Positions 12,870-28,500 of a stretch of DNA of 64,000 bases are shown here, piece by piece. Under the pieces are notes generated by a model. The model saw only the letters and a list, made by a program, of their open reading frames with translations. It searched no databases and was not told where the DNA came from. The stretch comes from Cenococcum geophilum (lineage: Eukaryota): NCBI GenBank assembly GCA_050273025.1, contig CP158635.1:13330001-13394000 (forward strand), given 5' to 3'. The translations under genes were made by a program, and so were the position numbers. Every line of letters starts with the position of its first letter. Within the stretch, counting starts at the first letter, position 1.

Positions 12870-14680
12870 GCGTGAAAATATAAAATACTTATAAGAGATA
12901 GTTACTAGTAATAAGGATAAAAGGAAGAAGACTATGCATAAAGTTATTCTTTATAAGAGCAGTTATTAAGACTAAGGATTTAGAACTAGCTTTAAAGAAG
13001 TAAACTCTTTTCCTAATTACTTATGGCAGTAAGGTAGGAGTATAGTAGAAGACTCTTAGTCTTTAAGAATGCTAGCTATTATAGTGCCAAGTATTCCTTA
13101 GATAAGCCTTACTTATAATTACTTTACGCGTTCGTTATAGAGATAAAGAGAAAAAAGAGAAAGAGTTGCTGCTTATAGTAATAGGTGTCCTAAGTAACGG
13201 CTTGCCTATAAAAGGATCTTTATAGAAGACCGTCTCTTAGTAGAGCTATAATCCTTAAGACGTAATAAGATTATAATATAATTAGAAGGGAGAAACGCAT
13301 ATAAAGAATAGGTAGAATTAACTATAACTATAATATAATCTTGGTTAATTACTATTTATAAAGGCTTTCTCTCTTACTTCTTTCCTTCTGCTTTCTTTCC
13401 TTAAAAGGGTTTAATTAAGCTTAGCTTGTATAATCTTTATACTAATAGAGTAGTACGGCGCTATACCGGTATAGTAGGAAACTGGCTGTTTATCTTTTAG
13501 GAAGCTTAAAGGAACTCTTTTAATAAGTAGTGGCGATTAAGTTGCTTAAATAAGAGGGCAGGAGGACTTTTATAGATAAGAACTCGGCTAATTCTTCCTA
13601 GAGATTACCTTTTCTCTACCTACGCTACGGCCTCCTCCTTAAGTGCCTCCTCTTCTGTAGGGACCTCTTCTATATTATGTTACTTTTATTTATATAGCCT
13701 TCCAGTCTAACTTCCTTAAGATTTTATATAAGGAACCGTTTCAACCTATTCCTATATAGATTGCCTCTTATTTTAATACTATTAAGTTTATAGAACCCTT
13801 TTTCTAATACCATTTTAATCCGGAAGGGACCCTGCTATTTTAGCTGTAGCTTTTGCCACCGCGATATATCTTTTGCCTTCTTTGCATCCTATACTAGTAT
13901 AAGCCCCCTAGACTTAAGCTTGCCCTTATAGGTATTCTCTATTAGCTAGATAATAGCGGCGCATCCTCTCCTAAGCTTCTTTGTTATTTATCTCTTATTA
14001 CTTAAACTATTTCATTCTTAGAATAATTAACTCTTCTATTATTTTTACCTTATTCTATAGAAGTGTCTGCTATATAGGAAGGTAGAGCTTAATTAGGGGT
14101 ATATGTTCTTATCTATAGAGTATTTAAGCTAGTGTTATTCCCGTTATTACCTTAACCGTTATTTAGTCAGCCTAAAGCGCTTTTATTAGATTCTATACCT
14201 AGTCGCCTCCGTACTTCGCTAACGCTACTACTAGATGCTAATATTCTCTCTTAACTAGGCCTTGTTCTTATAGATAGTAGGCTAATACAACTACTTAATA
14301 AATCCTATATGTTTTTGCGAGAATAGTAACTACATCCTTATTCTCTAGTCCTCTGTTAATAGAGAGTTATCTAAACACTCCCTATCTTAGATAACCTCTT
14401 CTTATAGAAATTTCGCTACTGCTTTAGATGTTGCATTTATTAGAGCTCTTGCCTCTAGCTAGCCTAAAAGGTACTCTTTAGCTACCACCAGATACTGCTT
14501 TCCCGATTTAGCCGTTGGCGTATAGATAATATCCATTAAGGCCTGTTCCTAAAGGGCAGCCGTCTAAGTTAGATATAAGGCTTCCTCCGTGGAGGTAGTG
14601 GAGAAAGTAGTAGAAGCTATAGTGGAAGCTAAGGAAGAGGAGTAGATTTAAGAATCTCATTAAGAATATTATTGAAGTTA
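12870..14680 (-). pseudogene. Unknown low-complexity (S/T-rich start, K/E/R-rich) gene relic, copy A
   Basis: Coding-like minus-strand frame; its 3' part is duplicated at ~31290-32043. No family recognised and boundaries are approximate. Confidence 0.35.
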
Positions 14681-17600
14681 AACTAAGTATCTAATATTTT
14701 AATAAGCTTATAGGTAAAACTATAGGTTAATTAAATCTAGCTGCTTTTTAAAAGGGAAGGTAATATATAGACACTAATCTAATTATAGCAGTAAATAATA
14801 GAGAGCTAGTATAGAAGGGCAAAGCCTAATACTAAAAGATAATACTTAATTAAGCATTATAAGGGGAATAGAACTAGATAAGTTACGCTAGAAAGGTAGA
14901 AGAATAACTAAAGGGTAAGTTGGATTTTTTTTGGGATGAGGTTAAAGCCTAGGTTGTTTTTATAATATATATAACCCTAAGCCCCCTATACGTAATAAGA
15001 AATAAACTAAAATAACTAAAGAGCGTTCCATACTACTATATTACTACCCCTACCTAAAACGTTATCCCCTAACGTTTCTTTATAGACCCTATTTAGTAGG
15101 TAAGGAACGCTTAAGGATAAAAAAAAATAACCTAATACCTAGTACACCTTTAACTCCTCTAAAGCTGCCTACACCCCTTCCCTATTTATCGCCTCTGTTC
15201 CATATTATCTACGCCTTCCGCCTTAAGCTTTGCATTTATATTATCCTATATATTAATGACACTAACCTAGGGTTTTAAAGACACCTTTTTACGGACAGTA
15301 TTTATTTCCGCTTGTATTGTCTTCTATATAGGAGGTTAGAGAACACTGGAATTAATTATCTATTCTTCTAAAGCAGTACCCTTTTTTGAAATTGGTGAAG
15401 GCGTTGGGCGGTGTAATATTGCTGGCTTATTAATATTCTCTAAAGCATTAATAAATGCCGGTGAATGTTTAGAAGTAGCATTTCGGAAGCTATCTTCTTT
15501 AAGCTTACTTATATCCTTTAGCTCTCGGTCGATTTCTATAGGCGCTACCTTATTATTAAATATATTAGGACTAAGGTTTAGCGCAGCAGTCCTAGCGCCT
15601 TAAGGTGTAATAGCCCTAGCCTCGCCTTTAGAATAGCCTTTGGAACTATAATCGGTTAGCGGGGGAGCGCTAAAAGTTATACTAGCTGGGTTATATTTGT
15701 ATTCTAGATCCAAAACTAAGTCTTTAGGATATTCTAGGTCATCTATAGGACGCTTACGCCCTTATTCTTTTGCTAAAAAGTAAAACTTTACCCTAAATAC
15801 CTCCCGCTTAAATTCCTTTAGCTCTTTAAAGCTCTTATAAATAGCCTTAGTAATACACTCCTATGTCTTTCCTAAAATACTTTATATTTATTATTTAATA
15901 AAGGATCTAGGATTAACTATTACTCTCTTCTTACTTAAGGGTCGTCCTATAAAAGTCTTTTAACTAAAGTATTTAAAATAGTGCTCTTTACCTATAGCTG
16001 TATATAGGCCGGAAACTTATATAGAGGAGCGTTAGAAATAGGTTTGCTAGTAGGAGTTAAAACTAGGGGAAAAGCGTCTAGATTTATCTATATAACGGCC
16101 TGATAGCTCTTAAGCCTAGGAATCTTTAATCTCTTAGTATTTAGTAGGATTACGATTAAGTTTAGTGTAATAATTAAGCGACTTAATGTTGCTTAAGAGG
16201 ATCCTTATGCAATAGTAGCTTTTATAAACCGCACTTTACTAGTCCTTAACGTAATGGGCATCTAGTTAAGCTTAAACTTCTTAGCATTAGCTTTAGTCTA
16301 GGTAGTTTCCATATTCTTAATATGCCCTTTACTATTAAGTTCCCTACGTTCTTAAAGTAAGCCTACCTATTCCGGTATATACTAATATATACTAGGTAGG
16401 AACTCTATATAAGACTAACTCCCCTTATTAATTAAGGAGATATAAGAATAAAGCTAGCTTTCTCCAGAATTTGGCCCTCCTTTATGCACTTATAGAAGGT
16501 TAATTTCTAAGTTCCGCTTTTTAAGGAGATGGCTACTAAGGAACTGGAGTGTATAGCTTGGATATGTAATAAAACGAGTAGCGCTATTGGCGCGTAAAGC
16601 CACTGTGTGCCGGTAGTGCTCTAGATCTATCTAAACTGCCTACTATAGTAGAGAATGGCATATAGTCCGAAGGATACCGCTATTTCCCTCTCTAGCGGTT
16701 TTATGTAAATGATGCGCATATATATTAAACTCCTCTTTAAAAATATCTAGAATCCTAGTATCTTTTTACCATTTAAATAAATCGGCCTAGTGGATTCTAA
16801 GTAAGTCCTATTTTATTTCCCCTTTTAAGCCTAATATAAGCTTCCTTAACCCTATATAATCTACTTAATAATTACTAGGTCGTATAGTAGAATAAGCGTA
16901 AATCCTAAGACCATCGTTTGCATACTTAGGACGACTATCCCTTTTAAACCAAAAATAAGAGCTTTTGGCTGTCCGGAGAATATTAATAGCATTATAGTTC
17001 TTAGAGACTAAGTGAATTCGTAAATATAAATTTATAGAGGAAGTACTGGCATCTAGTCCTAGCAATCCTACTATTTTCTAAAGATATATCCAGTATAGCG
17101 CGTGGACTTCTGTCCTATTTCCTTGCCAGGTTATAATAAACTATTATAAGACGGAAGAGACACCGCCTTCTAGTTCTTTCTTTAAATTAAGAGCCTTTAT
17201 TAATTTAACTAGCGTTTTAGAATAGCATAAGCATTTTATTTTTTATTTTGGCCGTAGTTTCCTAATAATCACCTCTTTATTAGCTTTAGCAATTATAGCT
17301 GCTTTTCCCTTTTGTTTATTAGCTTCACTAAAAGCTAAAGGTTCCGTAAGTCCTATTTTTAGCTTTTTTTTAGGAGATTTCTTAGAAGCTTTTCTAGCCT
17401 TATGTTTCTATAAGGAGCTAGCAACAAAGATATCCTCTAAAGACGTAGATTTATTAGATTTAGAGTTCTCTTTATTAGCTTTAGGAACCTTACCTCTAAA
17501 TAGAAACGTACTACGCAGCATTTTTGTGTTTAAGCCTTTAACCTCTTTAAAAGGTACTAATAGAGGTCCTAGAGTAACTGGCTCTAGTATAAATCCCTTT

Positions 17601-20600
17601 TCTCTAGCTTTAACGGTTAAGGCTAGTACTAAAAGCTTATAGCCCTAGCTTGGATAATAAGCGAGCCTCTATTTCTTAACTAGCTCCTTATTAACTTCTA
17701 GTCCGAATTTATAAGCATTAAGGAAATCCGAAGGTGTTGGGTATAGAGTCCTTAAGATCCTAGCCTTTAAGAGTTTTAGGCGGTTTAGCATTGTATTATT
17801 AACTATTTTTAACATATTCTCTCTGGCGATCTCGCTCTTTTTAGCTTAATTAATAAGGATATAAATGCTTTTTAGTGCGTAATATATGTAAAAGAGCTTA
17901 TAGGGACCTTCTAAAAGTTCCTCTCCCTACTCCTTCTTAACTATATCCCGCACCGTCTTAATCTTATTAATCTTATAAGTAATCTTAGAAAGCTTCCTAA
18001 TATCTATAAAGGCATTTTCCCACTCTTTACTTTCTAAGTTTCCTTTAAGCTCTCCATCCTTTTTAATCTTAATTATAGTATTTTTTGCAGCCTTAACTAT
18101 ATTATGCTCCTATTAGCAATATGCCGCAATTCTTATATTAATAAGAGAAGTTAAAGTAAAAAAAAGGAGCTCTTGCTGCACCCGGCCTAAAAAGACCAAA
18201 ACCAACCAAAAGAACCCTGAAAAACACCTAGAGAATCCCCCTAAGATGCATGCATTGCAGGGGAGGCACATATTAAACGACGGTGGCTCGCACTCGCGCG
18301 CGACCGCTAGAACTATGCCTAGCAATGGCCCTCTATAATAAAGACGGGCGAATACCACACTATAAAGCGGAAATACCTCTATTAAGAAGGCATCTAACAA
18401 AATATAAAGCCTATTAGATGCGTCTAGTATCTAGAATTGTGGGGGAGTAACCGTTAGCTATAATAAACTAATATAGCTAGCAGAATGGCTCCGCCAGTCT
18501 AGCGAACCTTAGGCGCCCCTTTAGTAAACCCTTAATTAAATTCTTTAACGGCTAAGTAAAATTAAAAATAAGTATAACCCCCTTTTACTGGCGAACCGCA
18601 CCTAGGCCGCCGTAGCTGCGCTTTTATAGCATAGGGAACTTATCCCCCTTAAGTTAATAAACGGGTATATAATTATAATATAACCAAATATAGAATAAGT
18701 AGAGGGGCTTAGGGGATAATTAGAAACAGAAGTCCTTATAAAGATACGTAAAGAGGTCTATAACACTATTATAGTCCAATACCTTAAGAGTGGAGATATT
18801 AGAGTTACCCTAAAGGACTAATAGGTAAAGGAATAAGCTATAAGGGTAGGGGATAGGCTAGGAGAATGTATTAGTATAAAAGTACTCTATAAGGATTACC
18901 TGGTTAAAGTCCCAGCGGTTCCTATAAGCCTTAGGGTAGAAAAGGGACGCTAGGTGGATAACATAGTAATTATATAGGAGATAGTAAGACAAATGGAACG
19001 CCTTATACTAGGACTTAAAATTACCTAAATCTAATAGCTTTAACAGGAAAATATAAACTAAGTATATAATAAGAATAATAAGAGGACACAAGGGTTATTA
19101 AAGACTTACTAGGGAGACGCCGGACGAACATATAGCTCCCTTATCGTCAGCATATATATACTAGGAATACAAAAACTCCTTATCTAAAAAGGAATAATTA
19201 TAAATGGCCTTATATACAACACAAGGCTTTATAACTATAGACTACGCCTAAAACAATACTATTGCTATATATAATAGGGACACACCCAATCTATATACGC
19301 AGTATAGGTATACTGCGGCCACTATATAGGCCCCTATAATATAAGATACTGCTTAAATTAAGACTAAATAAAATGCGTGAACTGCCACTAAAGCATACAT
19401 AAGGCGTAGGAGAGAGAAGACTATATTAAATATAGGAGACGGAAGGTAAGGGCTTAATAGCTGCGGGAATAACTATATACTAGGTTATATAAATAGAAAC
19501 AATAGGCAATAAGCTAGGGGGATATAGGCGCCTTCCTAGCGTTTCCTACTTTTAATACTAGAGGGCTAGGCCAGCTATCCCAAGCCTTAACGGGCCAGAA
19601 GCGACGCCGCGTAATATTACTAGACTAATTAGGGATATAAGGGTTACAGGGGACATAAGGGAGAGGACGCCCTATAGGAAGACCCTTATAGATAGTAATA
19701 GTAGGCTTAAGACCAGGATAATTAAGAATTAAACTTAATGCGGCAAATATAATATTTGCAGCCAACCTATAAAGGGTATATAGCCGACTAGTAAGAATAG
19801 GGGAAGAACTGGTAATAATAATAGATTTAGATATAGAAGCGCTAATAAGAATATAAAATACGGGAATGGAAAGCTTTATATAAAATAAGTAGTAACTAGG
19901 GTGTAGATATAAAAGATAGAAGCTCCAAATATTTTAAAAAAAGTAAAAATAAAAGAAGTAAGGAATAAAGAAGAGTTAAAGAACCCTTACTAGGGGTCCG
20001 CTACCTATTTATTATACAGTATAACTGCGGTAATACAAACTACCGCCTTGCAAGGCCCCTACTAGACAGTTTAGACCTAGAGAAATACTATATCCTTACT
20101 ATATAAGAACCGTATTATAATACCTTTACACAATCAACATACTACCCTTAAGGATTCCAGCTCCTATATAAACCAAAAGCAGCTATACGCGTGTGCTTTA
20201 TAATTAGCAAGACTATTAGCCTATCCTTATAGTTATAGCAGGCAGTTAACCTAGATATTATAGTTATAATAATTTAAATATATAGGGGACCGGTATAAAT
20301 TATTAATGTATATAACCCTAGGGTTAAAGGGGTCCTATAAATAGAGAATATTATATTAGCAATAAGCTTACTAGAAACCGAAGGTATAGAGTTTATTCTA
20401 CTAGGAGATATAAACCTCTACTACCCGCAGTAGGGGGGTATCTATATTACTATAGATTAACAGTTAGAGTGCCTACTAAAAGCTATAAATATCTAGGGCC
20501 TTAAGCTAGCTACCCCCCTAGGAGTAATTATATAGCAACGAGGCACCGCCAAAAGTATAATTAACCTTATATTTATAGATAAAGGCCTATACTAGAGACT

Positions 20601-22388
20601 TAAAAGGTATAACCTTAAAGAAGAATGGGCACTTACCCTAGACTATATCCCTATCTAGATATAGCTAGACCTAGATACTAAAGCGTAACTAAATAGAAAA
20701 AGATATGTAATAAGGAAGCTTAAGATAAATAGTTTCCTTAATATAGTTAAATAATAACTCTAAGACCTAGAAGAAATCCACCTAATACTAAATAAGTAAG
20801 GCTTATTGGCTACCCCTAAGGAAATTAACCGAAGACTAGAAAGGATCTAGGTAGCAATTAAAAATAGGCTAAAAGAGCACTGCCTGATTTTAAAACTAGG
20901 CCCTTACACGCGATATATATAGTCTATATAATGCGCAGTTCTAATTACTAGCTAATAACGAGTAAGAAGGAAATATATAAGTAGCTATAACCCTAAAGAT
21001 AAGAGATAATATAAAGACATAAGAAACTAGCTAAAGAATACCCTAAAAAAAGAAGTAAGGAATAACTGGAGATGGTTTATAAATAAGTATACTTCTAACC
21101 CAAGCCTCCCCTATAATAAGGGCCTTTAGGCTATAGCGAAATAGGTAAAGAAAAAGGTAGGGCGCCTAGTAGAAGATCTATACCTATTACCCCTATAAAG
21201 AGCAGGAGAATTATAGGCTATAAACGATAATAATAAGAAGGCAAAGATCCTTATAAAAAGGTTCTTCCCCTAACCGGCTTTAGTAGACCTTAGTAATATT
21301 ACAAGCGAAACATTAATAACTTACCTATGGGTCGACAGCGATATAACAATAGAGGAAATGGCTAGAACTATTAGCCGCCTTTTAAATAATATAGTATTAG
21401 GACCAGATGGGATTCTAAATAAGGCCCTAAAAACCTATAGGCCACTTATAGCACCTTAGCTTACAGATATAGCTAGAGCATACTTTGCTATAGGCTACTA
21501 CCCGCGACTCGGAAGATCTATAATAATAGTTATCCTATAAAAAGAAGGTAAAGTAAATTACTTAATCCCAGGAAGCTACCGCCCTATTGCCTTAGAAAAC
21601 ACCCTTAGTAAGATCTTAGAAAGGGTAATAGTAGAACACATAGTAGACACGGTAGAGGAATACGCCCTACTACCACAAAGCTAAATAGGGGCAAGAAAGA
21701 ACCACTTAATACTATTAGCACTTACGCTACTCACTACCACCATTAAATCTGCATGGGCGATACGAAAGGACTTTATAGTATTAATGCTTAGCCTAGATAT
21801 TAGTGGTGCCTACGATAATATACCCTATAAGCGTCTCCTATATATCCTTAGGGCAAAGGGCTTCCTAGAATGGATTATATAATTTGTCCAAGGGTTTATA
21901 GGCTAGAAAGAAACATTATTGGTCTTTAGCGAATACCAGAGCCCCCCTATTGCAGTTATAATAGGAATACTATAAGGATTACCCCTCTTGCCTATACTCT
22001 TCCTTTTCTTTATAAGCAACCTACTTAACTTCTTTAAGGAAGGGGCGACCTAGGGGATAGGCTTTATTAACGACATAAACCTAATTATATACGGGCTAAT
22101 AGCCGTAGAGAATTATAGAATACTAGAGAAAGCCTATAACACTTATATAGAATGGGCAAAACGTTATAGAGTCTAATTCTTACCAGAGAAATACTAGCTA
22201 ATCTATTTTATAAGAAAACGCAACTAATCTATAGATTTTTAGTATATAATTTGCATCTAAGGCTTTAAAGGTTAACTAGTTTAGGGCCTAAGGGTATTAG
22301 GAGTATGGGTAGATAGCAAGCTCCAGTAGAGCGCATATACGGCATAAGCGGCCCGTAAAGGCTAAGTACAGTTTATCGCTTTATCTAG

Positions 22389-22575
22389 TGTCACGGCACT
22401 GACCTAACGCATACTGTTTCATACTGTCTCGTACTGTTCCCTACTGTTGGCTAGCCCACTACTAGCGACTTAGCGGCCGGCCCTACTATTTGTATATAAT
22501 ACCCCCTTTCTACCTTCTTCCCCTCTTTATACCACAACGTAGTTATTTAGTTTACTTTATTGCAGCACTATAACA
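22389..22575 (+). repeat. 5' LTR, gypsy family A
   Basis: 187 bp with TG...CA termini; direct repeat of 29118-29304. Confidence 0.96.
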
Positions 22576-25500
22576 GTTTATAGTATCTTTAATTTGCGCC
22601 CCGTCGCGATCACTAATTCCCTATACCCTAGCCAATTAACCTCCGCCTTAGAGCAATCGCGACCTATACGCGCCTCTGCTAAAACCAACACGTCCCTAGT
22701 ACAGTTTTAGAACAATCCTTAGTTTTTACCTAGCGCCTAAATAGGCGACACTAATAACGCCAAAATAGCCGAAACCTAGAACCCCTACGACGTTTTTGTA
22801 GACCTATTTATAGAGATATACCCTAATATTACGTGGACAATTTGCCGCTCCCTACTGTACCCTAAGACCTTTAAGCCCAATAAAGCTTACCTTACCCTTA
22901 TTAACTATACCAATGAGTTCCTTAATAATATTAAAGTAGGACTATAGTATATATATAACACAAACACCGCCAATAAAAAAGCTAATAAAAACCTTAGTGC
23001 CCTTATTGCTTCCTAGACAGGAACTATTAACTCCTAGGTAGAGACTATTACCGTTCTAAAATAATTAACCCCTATAATAACGGTAGTAACCTAGCAGAAA
23101 AAACGGAAATCTAAAGACCCGCTAATATTTAGCAGAAAAGGCACCCCGCTAGAACGATAAGCTAATTTTAAGACCTAGTATATTAAGATTAAGGGAGTCT
23201 TTAACCGGGACTGGGACTACTTTAACATAGTTTAGTCCCAGATCCTTTATATCTTGGATATGCTAGAGGATAAGGCCTATAAGTTTATTAAGTAGGGCCT
23301 AGAGCTTATACATAAGAACCTAAATAATATATCTATGTGGAAATGGCCTACTAAGGAAAATATACTTAAAAACCTTACTGCCTACTATAAGGTCCTTAAT
23401 ATAACCCAGGTTGTAAAGAATAAGCTTAACTATTTCCCCTAAGGCGAGCATAATTACTGGTCCTAAAAGGGAGAGCTTAATAAGCTAATGGTTCGCGCTA
23501 AAAAGATAGATAAATAGAAGGTGGATCTACTTTAAAAGTTTATCTCTCTAAAGATAGAAGAGCTGGTACTTGGACTGGCCTATAAAATTAATAATAGCGA
23601 CTATATAGGTTGGAGTAAGCAGATGGATATATTCGCTAAGAACCTCGCGAACTATGCACACTAAGCTAACCTTAAGAAGAACGCTAACTACTGCCTACCT
23701 GCCTAAGCCACTGCCCCTATATTAACCCTAACCCTAGTAGTAACTAGAGAACCTATAGACCTTAATAGAATCTTAAATATAGAGCGTAAGTACCGCGTTA
23801 ATAATAGACTATGTTTTACCTATAGCCTACCCAGCCACTAGAAGGATGCCTATAACCCTACTAAAATAGTAAACTTAGTTCTAATACTACCCTATTAAAT
23901 AACGCGAACAAATAACTGCGGACGTGGTAACTATAAAGTCTATTATAGACGCGGCAACCGCGGAGCCTATTATAGCCGCGGCGGATAACCCCCCCCCCTT
24001 TAACCCTATGGCTTAGTTACTTTAAACTATGCCCTATATAGGAGCCCAACCTGTTAATAACGCCTAGCATTAGCGACTTTACGCTAGCGAATATAAACAC
24101 GGCTATATTATTAGTAAGGTATTGTCTTTCTATACCCTAACTAAAATAGAGATAAACACCGCCAGCTAGATAGACACTAGACCGCCCTGCTAAGACAGCC
24201 CTATACCCTAGTCGTTAAAAGGCAGACTCTTAAACTAAGTCGCGCTTAAGGGTCTAAACCATATAAGGAGGAAGACGAGAAGATTAGGTCCCTATTACTA
24301 GATTAATTAGTCCTTTCTATTAGTAAACTACTACTTAATCTTAGATTAGCAAACAGTAATAAAAAATTAATCCTTATTTAAACCTAACTCTTTTTATTAC
24401 ATAACCTATACCCCTAAGTTTATATTAATACAGTAAGCCTAGTAGACTTTAGTAGTACTGTAATAGCATTTACTAACGCAGAGTCTATTATAAGAAAGTA
24501 TAACGTTATAACTAAGAAGCTGCTAGCACCTAGGCTACTATGCCTTATAGATAGTATCCTAACTTCACTTATTACGGACTACTTTACTACCTAAATATTA
24601 ATCGGCCTCTATACTAAAGCCATACTCTTTTTTATTACCAAACTCTCGCCTACTACCCTAATTATCCTAGGTATACCCTAGCTTTAGAAGCACGAGCCCT
24701 GTCCTAGCTTTAGGAAACTTAAAATCCGCTTTAACTTAGACTACTACTCTAGGCACTGCCTCCCAAAGGGGATAGCCAACGTTAGTAAGGACGCCCTATA
24801 TGGATACTTAGTACTACTAAGCCTAGTGCCTAGGACTATATATAAAGCCCTAATAGTAAAAGACATTCCTAATAAAGGGGAGCTTGTATAGCTGCAAAGA
24901 AATAAGATAGTAGAAGACTGGACTAACCTAGCACTTAAGACTAAAATAATGGGCTAGCTAGCCCTGCCGAGACCAAGGAAGAAGGTTTACTTTACGCCGC
25001 TACTACTAAGAAACCAACCCTAACCTAGGCACTATTTAAACCCTAGCCGCCTAGCCTAATACCTAGAACTAAGCTATATGCCATATACGCACACTATAGC
25101 TCGCGTTATAGTAAGGACTGGCTATAGAACTACCAAGACCTAAATAATAGAAACCGCGCTACTATAACGCCTAACCTCACACCTATCTCCCGCGCGTACC
25201 GTATAGGGCTGCCGCCTTATTTCCGCCCCCCCGGGCTAACTAAGCTGTGCTAGCCCAGCCGTAGCACTAAAGAGCTAGATACGCCCTAACCTAAACGATA
25301 TTAAATACACCCGTACTGTTAATTTTACCCAGTTCTATAAATAAAAAGACGTAAAGGTAATAAGGATCTATATAGCGGAGCTAGTAGAACTAGTTAAATA
25401 AGATAAGTACTAATAGCTGCTTAAAGAGCTGCCTATAGGCCTAATAGAAGTACTAAACCTATTAAAAAGGTCTTTCTACCGGCTAGTAGAAGGCGACTAT

Positions 25501-28500
25501 ATAATAAAGGAAGCCCATAAAGCGCTTCCCCCCTATTTCTATAACTTTCTTAAGATAAATCTAAAAACTAAACCCAAGCTTTTACGTCGGAAGATAGTCG
25601 ACACTAATGTTAAAAAATTCCTAAAAGGTAAACTAGGATTGACCTATGAAGATATTCTATAATACTTATTAAAGGAGTTTAGTAAATATATTAAGCACTT
25701 CTTTCCTAAAAACGTAGATAAGCTACCCCTTTACCGACCATAGGACTATAAAATTAAGATTACCCCCAGAAACTAGGCCCCATACTATAAAAATAGACTA
25801 CTCTCACCTACTAAACTTAGGTGTGTAAAAAAGTGGATTAATAAAATACTGAATAAGGGTTTTATCCGTAAATCGACCTTACTAGCTATTATACCACTCT
25901 TCCTTACTACTAAGCCTAGCGGCGGTATACGAATCTGCTATAACTATTAAGGCCTAAATACAGTCACTATTAAGAATTAATACCTACTGCTACTAATCCG
26001 CGAGACACTTGACGCACTTTATAGCGCCAAGTACTTTACTAAACTTAATATAATTGCTGTATTTAACCGGATCCGGATTACGGAGGGCTATAAATAGCTT
26101 ATAGCATTTATTACCCAGTTCGGACTCTATAAGATACTAGTTATACTATTTAGCCTCTATAACATACCCGCTATATTCTAAAACTATATTAACCATATTC
26201 TATATAACGCCCTTAATAACTACTATACTACCTACCTTAATAATATCCTTGTCTTTTCTAAAACATATATTAAGTATACTAAGTATATAAATAAAGTTAT
26301 CTAAAGACTTAGCAATGCTGGACTTTAAATTAATATTAATAAGTCTAAGTTCTACTTTACTAAAATAAAATACCTTGGCTTAATTATCTTAACTAATAGT
26401 ATAACTATAGACCCTAAGAAGATATAGGCCTTACAGGAATAGAAGGACCCGATATTAATTAAAGAACTATAACAATTTCTTGGCTTCGCGAACTTCTACT
26501 AACAATTTATCTAAGGCTACTCTACTATTGCTATACCTATAATAAAACTTCTAAAGAAGGATATTGGATGGCTATAGGGACTAGAATAAGCTAAATTATT
26601 TAAGGCCTTTAAGGGAGCCTTTACTTTAGCACTAGTACTAGCATACTATAACTACACGAAGAAAATAGTGGTAGAGATAGATATATTAAATTAGGCTTCC
26701 GGCGAAGTCCTTTCCCAATATAATAATAACGGAAAATTAAGACTGGTTGCATTCTTCTCTATAAAGCACTCCACGCCAAAATATAACTACGAGATCTATA
26801 ATAAAGAACTTCTAGCTATTGTTAAGGCTTTAGAGGAATGGCGTCCTAAGCTATAAGGGACTAAGGAGCTGTTTGAAATTATTACCGACTATAAGAACCT
26901 ACAGATGTTTATAACTACTAAGTAGCTAAACTAGCGCTAAGTCCGGTAGGCAGAGTTCCTTTTATAGTTTAACTTTGTAATTATATATAGACCTAGTAGT
27001 AAAGCCACGCTCCCTAATACCCTAAGCTAGCTACTAGGAATAAGGCCTAAGGATGCTAATAATAAACACCTCCGCCACCGAGCCTAAGTCATTATACTAC
27101 CCCAGAAAGTTAACCCTATAATCTTAGAAGAATTACTATATAAGTCCCGTAACTTTAATAACGTAGAGTTTATAGCCGCTTTAGACCCTAAAATAGCCGA
27201 AAAGTTATTAAATAAGTTAATCTAGCTGGGATACTAGGAGAATAAACTCGCAAGAGATATAGTAGCAGCCCTGCGTAATTAGAAAGCTTACTATTAGCTA
27301 AAGAAAATTAGGAAATTACTCTATTGCGATAAGTTAGAATATAGTATTATTAATGGATAGATCTACTTCCGCTAACGTCTCTTTATCCCTAACGCCCTAG
27401 ACCTCTACCTAAAAGTTACCCATTGCTCTTATAGCAGCGGCCCCACTAGTTACCCTAGCTGGGTTAAGACTCTTAACCTCTTAAACTAAATATACTGGTA
27501 GCCAAGAATCTCCTAGTTTATGGCTACCTTTATTAAAGACTATGCCCTATGCTTTCGTACTAAAACCCCCCGTTTTGCTCTACCTAGTTTTCTAAAGCTA
27601 CTAGAATTACCTACCTACCCGTAAACTAATATCTTAATTAACTATATTATAACGCTACTAATATGCTAATGCTACGGTAAGGCATATAAATATATCCTTA
27701 TTATTGTGGACCGCCTAACTAAAATATAATACCTTATTTTAGTAACAGGACTCTTAATAGAGGAGTTAGTTAATAACTTTGTTAATAACGTATATAAGCT
27801 CTATAGTGTACTAAGCACGATTATCTCTAATCACGGTATATAATTTGTTAGCGACTTCTAGCGACGACTAAGTAAACGCCTTAAGATAACCTTATAATTA
27901 AGCTTAGCCTAGTACCTAAAAATAAACAGCTAAACTAAAATTATTAACGCCGCCGTAAATAAATACCTTTATGCTTTTATTAGCTTTATATAGGACGACT
28001 AGGTTAACTACCTACCGCTTACTAAGTTTGCTATAAATAACTAAGTTAATAAAAGTATAGGCATCTTCCCGTTTTTTATAAACTATAGCTTTAACCCTTA
28101 CCTTAGAATTAAGCCTACTAGCCCCTACCTACTAATACTATTAGTATAAGTAAAGAAGGAGTTTTTCCGCGTAGACTCTATGGCTAACCGCTTTAAGCAG
28201 ATATTAATATAGCTTAAGGCCCTAGCCCGGATTTTATAGTAACGCTATAAAGATAATGCTAATACCTATAGGGATAAGAGCGTGTTATTCTATAAAGGTA
28301 ATATAGTTATAGTTAGCTTAGAAAATATAAAGATAAATAGACCTAAGAAGAAATGGGATAATAAATGGGACGGCCTGTACCCCGTTCTCGTAGTATACTA
28401 AGGGGCAGTTATAGTAGACCTTCTAAACTACATCTAAGTAAATAAATCCTTTTATATATCTAAGGTCCGCCTTTAGGCTGCTAAAGAGATCTCTGGCTAA

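Larger units (their letters stand above)
8948..14806. repeat. Tandem direct repeat unit A (~5.9 kb, two minus-strand gene relics)
   Basis: The sequence starting tagtatagaagggcaaagcc at ~8949 recurs at ~14807. The two copies are colinear to 18111 and resume at 30643. Confidence 0.9.
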
